From: a virus
Lineage: Duplodnaviria; Heunggongvirae; Uroviricota; Caudoviricetes
Length of the DNA: 64,000 nt
Virus record (IMG/VR): IMGVR_UViG_3300045988_163275
Location: 1-64,000 of that record
Direction: 5' to 3' (one strand)
Part shown: positions 38,950 to 46,774 of the stretch, one piece after another
Numbering within the stretch: position 1 is the first letter of the stretch
Layout of the letters: each line of letters begins with the position of its first letter
The notes under the pieces: model-generated
Seen by the model: the letters and a program-made list of their open reading frames with translations, nothing else
Database searches by the model: none
What the model was told of the DNA's origin: nothing
Made by a program: the position numbers and the translations under genes

Positions 38950-39012
38950 CCTTAAACAATTTGTTTTCTTATTGGTATTATTATCTCAAATAACGAAAGG
39001 CAGAAAACAAGA
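38950..39012 (-). promoter_or_regulatory. promoter plus palindrome module
   Basis: Minus strand: CCTTTTCTGCCTTTCG...GAGATAATaataccaataagAAAACAAATTGTTTAAGGAG, upstream of the 38938-37742 operon. Confidence 0.55.
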
Positions 39013-39026
39013 TGTTTAAGGGATGA

Positions 39027-39350
39027 CTAGGTGAGTTTGAAGTCGTCTATGTCATCAACAAACTCCATATACCTGGCTTCGACACTCGACAATCTGATCA
39101 GATACGCAAGCCCGTAACTTAGTGAAGTGGGTTGCTCCAGCACAAATTCGAACCCATCCTCATGCGTTTTACCAAGCCAGAACCCCCCACCGTATTCTTT
39201 TTCACGTTGGAAGAAAACGAACTGTCCGGGTATTAGGTGCTTGAGTGCTTCGCCCCTATAGACGATCACATATTTAGAATTCTTGCTGCCCATTGCTCGC
39301 CTCGCAATACTGCACATATAAACAGTGGTATTTATTACGGTACTGGTCAA
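39027..39350 (-). CDS. hypothetical protein
   Basis: 107 aa ORF (true start may be internal MGSKNSKYVIVYRG); palindrome copy upstream. Confidence 0.35.
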   Translation of the reverse strand: MTSTVINTTVYMCSIARRAMGSKNSKYVIVYRGEALKHLIPGQFVFFQREKEYGGGFWLGKTHEDGFEFVLEQPTSLSYGLAYLIRLSSVEARYMEFVDDIDDFKLT

Positions 39351-39377
39351 CTTTACGGGTTAATTGAATAACAAGAT

Positions 39378-39400
39378 GGTGAAAACAATTTGTTTTGGCG
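39378..39400. promoter_or_regulatory. palindrome copy in the region between genes 39350 and 39481
   Basis: GAAAACAATTTGTTTTGG. Confidence 0.4.
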
Positions 39401-39480
39401 CTTGAGATTTTGCAAATCGCACCTACATGGAAAACGGCAATTTTTGAAACCTGATTTGACCCATGTGAAAGGAGGAAACG

Positions 39481-39684
39481 ATGAAGACCTATGATCGCAA
39501 CCGTAACACTATCACTACCGGCAGCCGAGTGATGGTGGCAACGAATGGTGCAACGGGAGTCATCAAGGAAATCTGCGGAGAAGGCAAATCAGAAGAACAA
39601 TTACGCCGCTCTGACTGCGTGTCTATCGAAGGTGTGGAAGATCTGTTCTGCCCAATGGATTTAGTTCGCCTGGGATTCCAATAA
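39481..39684 (+). CDS. hypothetical small protein
   Basis: 67 aa with strong RBS AGGAGG; terminated by palindrome plus hairpin. Confidence 0.45.
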   Translation: MKTYDRNRNTITTGSRVMVATNGATGVIKEICGEGKSEEQLRRSDCVSIEGVEDLFCPMDLVRLGFQ

Positions 39685-39704
39685 TTACACCACTAATTAA
39701 ACAA

Positions 39705-39745
39705 ATTGTTTAAGGCCACAAATAATGGCCTTATCTGGCTTACGG
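39705..39745. terminator. palindrome plus hairpin between convergent genes
   Basis: TTAAACAAATTGTTTAAGG followed by hairpin AAGGCCACAAATAATGGCCTT, between 3' ends of 39481..39684 (+) and 39740..40444 (-). Confidence 0.4.
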
Positions 39746-40444
39746 AACAGCAGTAATCAGATCGCAAATGCCTGTTTTAGTTAAATCACTATTTAGCTTC
39801 TGAAAATTGGCATTCAGCATTGCGGTATGTATTCGATTCTCAAGTTCAAAGAAGAGATCGATCTTGCCCTCTTTGGCTGCCACCTTCTTCCAAATATTCA
39901 CCTGGTCATCTGCGATACGACTTGCGCAGGTGAACAAGAACGAACTCCCTCTGGGAAGGGATGTCGTGCTGTAGTATTCACCGTCAACTTCAATATACTT
40001 AGCTCGGAATGACTCCAGAGTTAGCTTTTTACCGCTCTCAGCCTGCTTTGTGTCTGCCTTGCTTGTCTTTTCCTGAACTTCAGGCTGTTTCTGCACAGGC
40101 TTTGGTGTCTCATTGACCACCGCAGTGCTGGCCGAACCATCCAAACTCTTGAGGCCATTAATTTGGATTAGATAAGCCAACTCCAGAGTCTTATCACCAG
40201 TGAGTTTTCCACGCATACTTACCCATTGACGCTGAACCGTCTTTAAGGCGTCTGCGTCCCCCGGGTTTGCTTTGAGTGCGTTGGAATAGGTAGAGCTAAG
40301 TTGTTCGTCTAATTTTGACAGGCGTTCGTTATCGCAGATTTTGTGTTCGATTTCTGCCGAAGCCTTTTGGCAGTCAAAGCTGGCTGCAAATACAGCCGGC
40401 GATGCCACCAACAATGATGCCAGTAGGATATTTTTCATATTCAC
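39740..40444 (-). CDS. secreted protein with lysozyme-inhibitor-like (LprI/DUF1311-type) N-terminal domain
   Basis: Signal peptide (MNMKNILLASLLVASPAVFA), then FDCQKASAEIEHKICDNERLSKLDEQLSSTYSNALK...QRQWVSMRG, resembling the Cys-containing DUF1311 pattern; family assignment from memory. Confidence 0.45.
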   Translation of the reverse strand: MNMKNILLASLLVASPAVFAASFDCQKASAEIEHKICDNERLSKLDEQLSSTYSNALKANPGDADALKTVQRQWVSMRGKLTGDKTLELAYLIQINGLKSLDGSASTAVVNETPKPVQKQPEVQEKTSKADTKQAESGKKLTLESFRAKYIEVDGEYYSTTSLPRGSSFLFTCASRIADDQVNIWKKVAAKEGKIDLFFELENRIHTAMLNANFQKLNSDLTKTGICDLITAVP

Positions 40445-40476
40445 TCCATAAATATAAAAGCGCCTGACTATAGCAC

Positions 40477-40692
40477 TTAACCGATTGCTTCTCTCATCTG
40501 ATTGTGAAGCTCTTTCAGCCCATTACGTACCGCGTTCATGATACGTTCCAGGTATTGGTATCTGGGGTTTGGCACCGTTGGCCAACCGGCATACCACGGA
40601 TCGTCACCAAACAGACTCAGCAGTTCGTTACCGACACCGAAACAGCAGCAACTTTCTTTTACGTCATCAGCGTTTTCTGCCTCGTCCCACAT
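40477..40692 (-). CDS. hypothetical small protein
   Basis: 71 aa ORF in the early cluster. Confidence 0.3.
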   Translation of the reverse strand: MWDEAENADDVKESCCCFGVGNELLSLFGDDPWYAGWPTVPNPRYQYLERIMNAVRNGLKELHNQMREAIG

Positions 40693-40738
40693 ATTGCGGG
40701 CCTGCTCTGCGTCGATTTCTCTCTCTCCCTGCGCAACT

Positions 40739-40978
40739 TTATGATTTCGGATTTGACGAAAAGCAGGTTTGCGTCGTTGTCATCGTCGACCGTACTGAAG
40801 TGGCACACTGAATTTGGCCGTCTGTAATGGGCAGATCCGGCAACTGTTTAAAAACTTCCATCTGCTCATGGATACGCAGAAACCACCTTGCCAGCTCCAT
40901 CTGCTCACCGCGGGTGAGGGGATTATTCAGCGGGGACTTAACAAAAGCGGAGACTCGCTCGACAAGCAGATCATTCAT
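40739..40978 (-). CDS. hypothetical small protein
   Basis: Start at MNDLLVERVS, ATGA-coupled to the upstream gene. Confidence 0.35.
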   Translation of the reverse strand: MNDLLVERVSAFVKSPLNNPLTRGEQMELARWFLRIHEQMEVFKQLPDLPITDGQIQCATSVRSTMTTTQTCFSSNPKS

Positions 40979-41664
40979 GCCGCGCACCTCTCTGCTTTCT
41001 CCTGCAATTCGCGAACGAACTCGACCAAAGAGCCACCTGGCGGGATCTGGCATTCCTCAACCAACTGGAAGTATATGTCTGCGGCCGCGCGTGTGTTCGA
41101 GCCTTTGTTTAGCTGCTCTTCGCGCAGCGCATCACGTTCATTAATCAAACGGACGCACTCGCCGTTACGCTGATCCACAACGGCCTCAAGTTCAGCGATA
41201 CGTTCGCCAGGAGTCTTACCTTCTTTACGTTGAATGGTGACGGTAAACTCACCCATTTCAGGAACGTCGTACCCCAGCTCCAGGTAGTTTCTGGCCCCGC
41301 TACGAACAAACTCACCGGCAAACATGGTTGCGAACATCGCAGAGGCCATTTCACCTTTAAACAGAGACTCCAAATCTAACGGAGTACCCGCAGCCAGAGC
41401 CGTTTTTTCTGTATCAATTGCAGACATGAATGCATCAAATTCACGAGCACGTTTTTCCAGGTCTCTCCATTGCTCGCTCCAACGTTTAGCAACGAAGTCT
41501 ATGAATGTTTTCGCGGATTCATCATAATCCCCTTCAAACTTAACAGTGCCTTTGTCAATGATGATCTGGTCTACTGCTTCCTCTGCATAACCTCTCATTA
41601 CAAATTTGAAAGGAAAGTCGGCATGGCTTTTGACGTTAAAACGCTCTAACGGAAGATTGCTCAT
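40975..41664 (-). CDS. hypothetical protein
   Basis: 229 aa; TAAGTA-type palindrome upstream; no recognisable motif. Confidence 0.45.
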   Translation of the reverse strand: MSNLPLERFNVKSHADFPFKFVMRGYAEEAVDQIIIDKGTVKFEGDYDESAKTFIDFVAKRWSEQWRDLEKRAREFDAFMSAIDTEKTALAAGTPLDLESLFKGEMASAMFATMFAGEFVRSGARNYLELGYDVPEMGEFTVTIQRKEGKTPGERIAELEAVVDQRNGECVRLINERDALREEQLNKGSNTRAAADIYFQLVEECQIPPGGSLVEFVRELQEKAERCAA

Positions 41665-41706
41665 GTGTTTTTTCTCTTATCATATAGTCACTATATTCTT
41701 ACATAG

Positions 41707-41728
41707 ATTAGGTAAGTATTTACCTCTC
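41707..41728. repeat. TAAGTA-type palindrome
   Basis: attaggtaagtatttacctctc; between the methyltransferase stop and 41664 start. Confidence 0.5.
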
Positions 41729-43412
41729 ATTTAACGCGTTTAAAAACGTATACGCTGACAGTAATCCCGGTGTCTTCAAACATGTTAGTAAACGACTTCC
41801 CTTTGGCATAAACGTAATTATCCAGCGTCATCCAGTTTAGAATTGGCGCGTCGCCCGGCAGCACTGCTACCAGACGCCCACCGACTTTCAGATGTCCCAG
41901 CGCGGCCAACGTGTGCTCTCTGTGACGGCCAAGAGAGTAGGGCGGGTTCATGACGATTTTGTCGAACTGATAACCTGCGTTGTCCTCAGACCACTTCATG
42001 AAGTCGCAGCAGACCGTATTTGTGTACCCCTTGCCAAGCAGGATATCAGCGAAGAGAGGTGCGACTTCTATGCAGGTAACGTCTTCCGGATTGGCGTCGA
42101 TGCAGGCCAGCAGATCTCCGCGCCCGGCTTCAGGCTCCAGCAGCTTCTCACCTGGCTTCAGCTCGATGGCTCTGGCAACGTACTCCGCTATCAAACGCGG
42201 GGTAGGGTAGAACTGGTGTGATTTTGTATCCGGTATTAAGCCGGTGGCCACAATCGTATTGAGCGTATGGCCGATCTCATACGGGAACTGCCAGTGCTTG
42301 TTCTCCTGCACGCCGCCAATAAAGCTCAGTGTACGCTCCAGCTCTTCCACCTGTGACTTCTGAAGACCGGAATCAGAGAAGTACCATACGCGTTTGTCAT
42401 TGCCAGATCGCCCGTCGCGAAGCGCAGTACGCACCGGCTCGGAGATCGTCTTCTGGATTAACCCGAACTGTTTTGGTGCCCGTGTTTTGGGCGCAGTACG
42501 ACATGGAGCCGGGATTGCAGCGGGCATACTGTAAGCCAGCACCTCATTCAGCTTCCAGGCTACGTCAGGATGTATTTCAAAGTGAACGTTGCCGTTCTTA
42601 AACATCTTCACACGCATCAGGTTTCCGTCGACATTCATCCAGTCGCCGGTCTGGCAGTCATTTGCTCGATACGCAGCTGACAGCATCTCGGCCGTGCGGT
42701 TGATGGTGATAAATTCTTTGTGTGCAAAGAAATGCAACATGACGCGCAGGTCGTCTATGTAATCCTCTTTCCGGTAGTTAACGCTGACGCTGTCCCGCCA
42801 GAAATCGGAAATGCAGTCGGCGATGATCAGACGCTCGCTGAAGCCGTTCGTCTTATTGGTCTTGTGAGCAGGACTCAACGCCTTAAACAAGCCATACACG
42901 CGCTCAGAGAGATATTTGTGCCTGTCATTCAGCAAATTAAGCATCGTTGGTATGACCGTTTCTGCTTTGAACTCAGGTACACCAACGAACTCTTTAACCT
43001 TCATTTGATAGCCAGTTCTGTCAGTCTTGATCGTTTCCTGCTTGCCCTCGATAAACTGTTCACGCCACTCGTCGCGGCGGGATGCTGGCATGATCAGCAG
43101 AACGTTGGTCATATCCGTGACCTTCTTCCAGTACTCGGCCCAGATATTTTGTTTCACCCATTCCAGGTCGACTTTGTCCAGCCAGGTTCTGTTAAAGCGT
43201 GTGCGCTCGTCGTCCGGCCGGTGGTTAAGTCGCAGTAGACGGTTAATCATGTTGTGGCGTTCGTCGCCATAAACGAAGTCGTGAACCTTATTCATGAACG
43301 CAATCTCTTTCTCGCATTCGGCCACAATTTCGTGGATAACATTCATTTCCTGCCGGTAGTCAATACCGGTGTCTGGAGTGATAGAGTCAATGATGGAAAG
43401 GGCTGTATTCAT
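41727..43412 (-). CDS. DNA methyltransferase (N6-adenine/N4-cytosine type) with large N-terminal domain
   Basis: C-terminal methyltransferase motifs: motif I (LLEPEAGRGDLL) and motif IV (VMNPPYS); about 390-aa N-terminal region of unknown function; true ATG at MNTALSIIDS; promoter plus palindrome module upstream. Confidence 0.7.
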   Translation of the reverse strand: MNTALSIIDSITPDTGIDYRQEMNVIHEIVAECEKEIAFMNKVHDFVYGDERHNMINRLLRLNHRPDDERTRFNRTWLDKVDLEWVKQNIWAEYWKKVTDMTNVLLIMPASRRDEWREQFIEGKQETIKTDRTGYQMKVKEFVGVPEFKAETVIPTMLNLLNDRHKYLSERVYGLFKALSPAHKTNKTNGFSERLIIADCISDFWRDSVSVNYRKEDYIDDLRVMLHFFAHKEFITINRTAEMLSAAYRANDCQTGDWMNVDGNLMRVKMFKNGNVHFEIHPDVAWKLNEVLAYSMPAAIPAPCRTAPKTRAPKQFGLIQKTISEPVRTALRDGRSGNDKRVWYFSDSGLQKSQVEELERTLSFIGGVQENKHWQFPYEIGHTLNTIVATGLIPDTKSHQFYPTPRLIAEYVARAIELKPGEKLLEPEAGRGDLLACIDANPEDVTCIEVAPLFADILLGKGYTNTVCCDFMKWSEDNAGYQFDKIVMNPPYSLGRHREHTLAALGHLKVGGRLVAVLPGDAPILNWMTLDNYVYAKGKSFTNMFEDTGITVSVYVFKRVK

Positions 43413-43421
43413 GATTGCACC

Positions 43422-43482
43422 ATTAAACAAATTGTTTTCTTATTGGTGTTATTTTCTCAAAGCTAAAAAGGCGTAAAAGCAG
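43422..43482 (-). promoter_or_regulatory. promoter plus palindrome module
   Basis: Minus strand: GCTTTTACGCCTTTTT...GAAAATAACACCAATAAGAAAACAATTTGTTTAATGG, upstream of the methyltransferase gene. Confidence 0.55.
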
Positions 43483-43552
43483 CATTCACAGGCGTTGCAG
43501 CTGATTTAAGACGTAAAAAGGGGGCTTTCGTCCCCTGTACGCAGGTGAGAGA

Positions 43553-44125
43553 TTAGTGGTGTACGTGCTGCGTTTTGTACGGCTGTTTGTTCAGGTTGTG
43601 GCGGTGCATAAGCTCGCGCATCATGTCTTCAAGACGGCTCTTGGTGTCGTCAAGCTGGTCGGCCATTGCCCCCAGCAGCTGGCGAAGGGCCATCGGATCG
43701 TCGCTGTTCAGCTCAGGCATTTTGAACCCAGCCTGGGAAGACATCAGTTTGAAAGCGGCCAGCAACATCGCCAGAGAAGACTTCAGCCCGGCGATTTCAT
43801 GATCTTTGCTGGCGTTGGTTTCATCTGCCTTGACTGAATCCAGTGAGCACTTCGGCTTGCTTACCATTTCCAGAGTTGCCTGAAGTTTGTCGGCGCGTTC
43901 TTTCTCTTCCAGATACGCTTCGCCGAAATGACGCGCCAGCATCACAATTTCAATCGGATCATCAATCATGCTTGAGAACTTGAGAACGCTGAAAAGGCGG
44001 TCAATAGGGGAGGCGTCGTCTTCGTGACCAACCACAAGACCCATGATCTCAACCAGTTCGGCCGCACCAACTTTTTTAATCACGCTTTCAACTTTGGCAT
44101 TAGTTTTTTTGCATTTTTCACACAT
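43553..44125 (-). CDS. hypothetical protein
   Basis: 190 aa, N-terminal CxxC (MCEKCKK); promoter plus palindrome module upstream. Confidence 0.45.
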   Translation of the reverse strand: MCEKCKKTNAKVESVIKKVGAAELVEIMGLVVGHEDDASPIDRLFSVLKFSSMIDDPIEIVMLARHFGEAYLEEKERADKLQATLEMVSKPKCSLDSVKADETNASKDHEIAGLKSSLAMLLAAFKLMSSQAGFKMPELNSDDPMALRQLLGAMADQLDDTKSRLEDMMRELMHRHNLNKQPYKTQHVHH

Positions 44126-44141
44126 GTGTTCTTCCTTATGC

Positions 44142-44205
44142 TTTTAAACAAGTTGTTTTCTTAATTGTTTAATTGTCTCAAATTCTATGATGATGTGAAG
44201 AGTTG
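44142..44205 (-). promoter_or_regulatory. promoter plus palindrome module
   Basis: Minus strand: ...ACAATTAAACAATTAAGAAAACAACTTGTTTAAAAG, upstream of 43553..44125. Confidence 0.5.
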
Positions 44206-44333
44206 CATTAAGGCGAAAAGACACGCAAAAGGAAAAATCAGGCATACCAGACATTTATTTAAAGTGGCATTCATAGCAGAATGTTCTCATTGCCGAAGTT
44301 CTATTCAGACGTCAGTCCCTAAGAGAGAGCAAA

Positions 44334-45293
44334 ATGTTTGGTAATCTTTTCAAAACGGAAGAAACTAAGGCCCGGGAGGGCTTGGAGTCTCATTATCAGA
44401 AAGTCATGAGCTTCGTTGCTGAAAATGATCTACATGAAGCATGGGAAAAAACACGCAATATCATTTTTCGAAATATGGAAGTTAGAAGCTACATCACGCA
44501 AAACGGCGCGTTCGATCGTAACGATTTTTACTATAAGTCAGCCAAAGAGAAGCTTATTCAAAGCGCCTTCACTTCATACCTACTCATAAAAGTTTTACCT
44601 CAGTTCTATGAAATGCATCTCACCACTTTGAAAAGAAAAGAAAAAACACTCACAACACAGGATGAATACGGGGTCTGGAACTTTGACAAGTGGTTTGATG
44701 AAGTAGACTACTTTTATGACAAGGTAGTAAAAGAGAAAGTTTACGATTGGATCGAAGAGAACACAGGCCGGCTCAACAACCTTTGGTTGGCAGAGTCGGA
44801 GGACAAGAATGCCTGGGGGCGGCCAGTTTACTTTAAATTCCAGTTGCCTGAACAATTTGATCGCTGCGCAATAAATCACATTATGACGGTGGTAGACAAT
44901 ACACCAGAACCTGAATTACCTGAGTACACTTCGCTACTGACCGGGCACGAATATGAGCATTTTGTCGCTGGGGAGTTTATGAAGTATGGATCCGACACCC
45001 AAGTAACTAAGGGCAGCGGCGATCACGGTCTGGATATCCTTGTAACCTATAGAGAAGTTCGAATGGCTGTTCAGTGCAAACACTACCAGTCTAAAGTAGG
45101 CAACAAAGCTATTCAGGAAGCATTTTCCGCGAAACAGTTCTACGATTGCTCCCTCGCAATAGTAGTCAGCAACAGCGAGTTTACCCCTCACGCCAGACAA
45201 GCAGCCAAAAAACTGGACGTTTATCTGTATCACCATGAAGATATACACTTAATAATAGACGCCATTAATAATTGGCTGGATGCGCCGGAGTGA
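44334..45293 (+). CDS. Mrr-type restriction endonuclease domain protein with novel N-terminal domain
   Basis: C-terminal PD-(D/E)xK Mrr-catalytic pattern (GHEYEHFVAGEFMKYG...GSGDHGLDILVT...VQCKHYQSKVGNKAIQEAFSA...VVSNSEFTPHARQAAKK); aromatic-rich N-terminal region of about 200 aa. Confidence 0.65.
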   Translation: MFGNLFKTEETKAREGLESHYQKVMSFVAENDLHEAWEKTRNIIFRNMEVRSYITQNGAFDRNDFYYKSAKEKLIQSAFTSYLLIKVLPQFYEMHLTTLKRKEKTLTTQDEYGVWNFDKWFDEVDYFYDKVVKEKVYDWIEENTGRLNNLWLAESEDKNAWGRPVYFKFQLPEQFDRCAINHIMTVVDNTPEPELPEYTSLLTGHEYEHFVAGEFMKYGSDTQVTKGSGDHGLDILVTYREVRMAVQCKHYQSKVGNKAIQEAFSAKQFYDCSLAIVVSNSEFTPHARQAAKKLDVYLYHHEDIHLIIDAINNWLDAPE

Positions 45294-45328
45294 AGATTGA
45301 GGGGCTAATGCCCCCCCCTATTCGTCGG

Positions 45329-45517
45329 TTAAAAGAACCCGAGGATGCCGCCCACTGGAACAATGAAAACTCCCACGACACGCGCAAGTGTCACTCCGGC
45401 ATGAGACTGGAGATCGCCATCGTTCACAAGTTTCACCAGATTCATGATCCAGCCGCTAAACAAAAAAACGGTAAAGCCAACAATCATCAAGGTGAATTTC
45501 TGGAAGTTCCATTTCAT
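45329..45517 (-). CDS. small two-helix membrane protein
   Basis: 62 aa with two hydrophobic helices (FTLMIVGFTVFLFSGWIMNLV; VVGVFIVPVGGILGFF); ATGA-coupled to the upstream ORF. Confidence 0.4.
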   Translation of the reverse strand: MKWNFQKFTLMIVGFTVFLFSGWIMNLVKLVNDGDLQSHAGVTLARVVGVFIVPVGGILGFF

Positions 45518-45771
45518 ACAATAGCCTCAGTCACAGCAGAAGGAAGATCCGGAGTCGCAGGTCGAGCTGGAATCGTGTCCATCAGCATCCCATCCAGAGA
45601 GACAGGAGGTCGTTCGGGCAGGGGGGTCATCTGCAAGGCCGTGGTGGCAGTGGAAGTAGTTGTGCCCGGCATCAAAAGGCTCTGACCGGCTGGTACGGTA
45701 ACCGCTGCCAGAGTTGCCAAAATCACTCCGTAGGCCATTGGCTTCAGTCGATTTCGTTGAAAATTTTCCAT
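45514..45771 (-). CDS. secreted Pro/Thr-rich small protein (embedded ORF)
   Basis: Start at MENFQRNRLK with RBS AAGGA; signal-peptide-like segment (MAYGVILATLAAVTVPAG) then Thr/Pro-rich tail; lies in another frame inside the 3' half of ORF 45527..46120. Confidence 0.35.
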   Translation of the reverse strand: MENFQRNRLKPMAYGVILATLAAVTVPAGQSLLMPGTTTSTATTALQMTPLPERPPVSLDGMLMDTIPARPATPDLPSAVTEAIV

Positions 45772-46120
45772 GAGAACTGTCCTTGTGTGTCCGGGTTTCA
45801 CGCAAAACACGAGAAGCAACGCTATTACGCACCTTCTCCATGCCTACTGTCGTGCCCAGATTAGCTATGGCGGTAGCTTGCGCATTAATGCGCTTCTCCA
45901 GTTCAAACACTCGTTCTTCCAGTTCCGCAAGGCGTGCGGAAACACGACCACTAAACAGCTCGGTCAGCACCAGGCGAATTGAACGGGGACGTTTATTGAA
46001 AGAAGTGAAAGACGTTTGACGGGCCATGTGGATTCCATTCAGTGTCAGAAAGAGTTGCGGCTGGCCAAGCCGCCTTTTGGCGTTCCATCCTGGAACCGTA
46101 CCTAACCGGTACTTCGTCAT
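45527..46120 (-). CDS. hypothetical protein with coiled-coil segment (overlaps embedded ORF)
   Basis: 197-aa ORF; N-terminal half protein-like with coiled coil (RLAELEERVFELEKRINAQATAIANL); C-terminal half low-complexity and overlapped out of frame by 45514..45771. Confidence 0.25.
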   Translation of the reverse strand: MTKYRLGTVPGWNAKRRLGQPQLFLTLNGIHMARQTSFTSFNKRPRSIRLVLTELFSGRVSARLAELEERVFELEKRINAQATAIANLGTTVGMEKVRNSVASRVLRETRTHKDSSHGKFSTKSTEANGLRSDFGNSGSGYRTSRSEPFDAGHNYFHCHHGLADDPPARTTSCLSGWDADGHDSSSTCDSGSSFCCD

Positions 46121-46152
46121 CCTGACGATTTATAAGATACCTGATTTATTAT

Positions 46153-46174
46153 AGTAGGTAAATACTTACTTATC
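46153..46174. repeat. TAAGTA-type palindrome
   Basis: agtaggtaaatacttacttatc; between rnhA stop and 46120 start. Confidence 0.5.
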
Positions 46175-46177
46175 TTT

Positions 46178-46774
46178 TTATGACAAAAACCCAATGTCAT
46201 GCTTGTGAGGCATATCAGCTGCGGAATAGGCGGCGATCTTCGCCAGACGGTCACACATTTCGTTCTCGCGATGACCTGCATGGCCTTTAACCCACTTCCA
46301 GCGGACATTATGACGACTGGCGGCCGCGTCGAGACGTTTCCAGAGATCCACGTTTTTGACTGGCTTCTTCTCAGACGTGATCCATCCGTTACGCTTCCAG
46401 CCTTTCATCCAGAGCGTCATGCCGTTTTTAAGATACTGGCTGTCGGAATGCAGGATCACGTTGCAGGGGTACTTCAGACGCTCCAGCGCAATCAGGGCGC
46501 CCATCATCTCCATCCGATTGTTGGTCGTGCTGTGGAAGCCCTCAGAAAGCTCGCGCTCTTCGCCTCGATACTGGAGAACGATGCCGTAACCGCCCGGCCC
46601 GCCCGGATTTTTGAGGCAGGAGCCATCACTGAATACTTTTACGGTTTTGAGCTGGGGATTGAACTCGACTACGGGTGTGTTGAAATTGGTACGGGAATGC
46701 TGGTGGGTTTGGCATCTGGCTTTAGACTTCGTGCGGCAGCCAGTGCGTTGCCGGACTGGGTTCTTGGTCGTCAT
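46178..46774 (-). CDS. rnhA: ribonuclease HI
   Basis: Close match to E. coli RnhA pattern ([20 protein letters not shown]...[12 protein letters not shown]...[11 protein letters not shown]...[10 protein letters not shown]...[18 protein letters not shown]); about 40-aa basic N-terminal extension; RBS GGAG. Confidence 0.85.
   Translation of the reverse strand: MTTKNPVRQRTGCRTKSKARCQTHQHSRTNFNTPVVEFNPQLKTVKVFSDGSCLKNPGGPGGYGIVLQYRGEERELSEGFHSTTNNRMEMMGALIALERLKYPCNVILHSDSQYLKNGMTLWMKGWKRNGWITSEKKPVKNVDLWKRLDAAASRHNVRWKWVKGHAGHRENEMCDRLAKIAAYSAADMPHKHDIGFLS

Noticed and set aside
45514-46120. Rz/Rz1 spanin pair interpretation of the embedded ORFs
   Set aside because: The embedded product lacks a lipobox Cys and the outer ORF lacks an N-terminal transmembrane helix; no endolysin or holin is adjacent. 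Kept only as an unusual overlapping arrangement.
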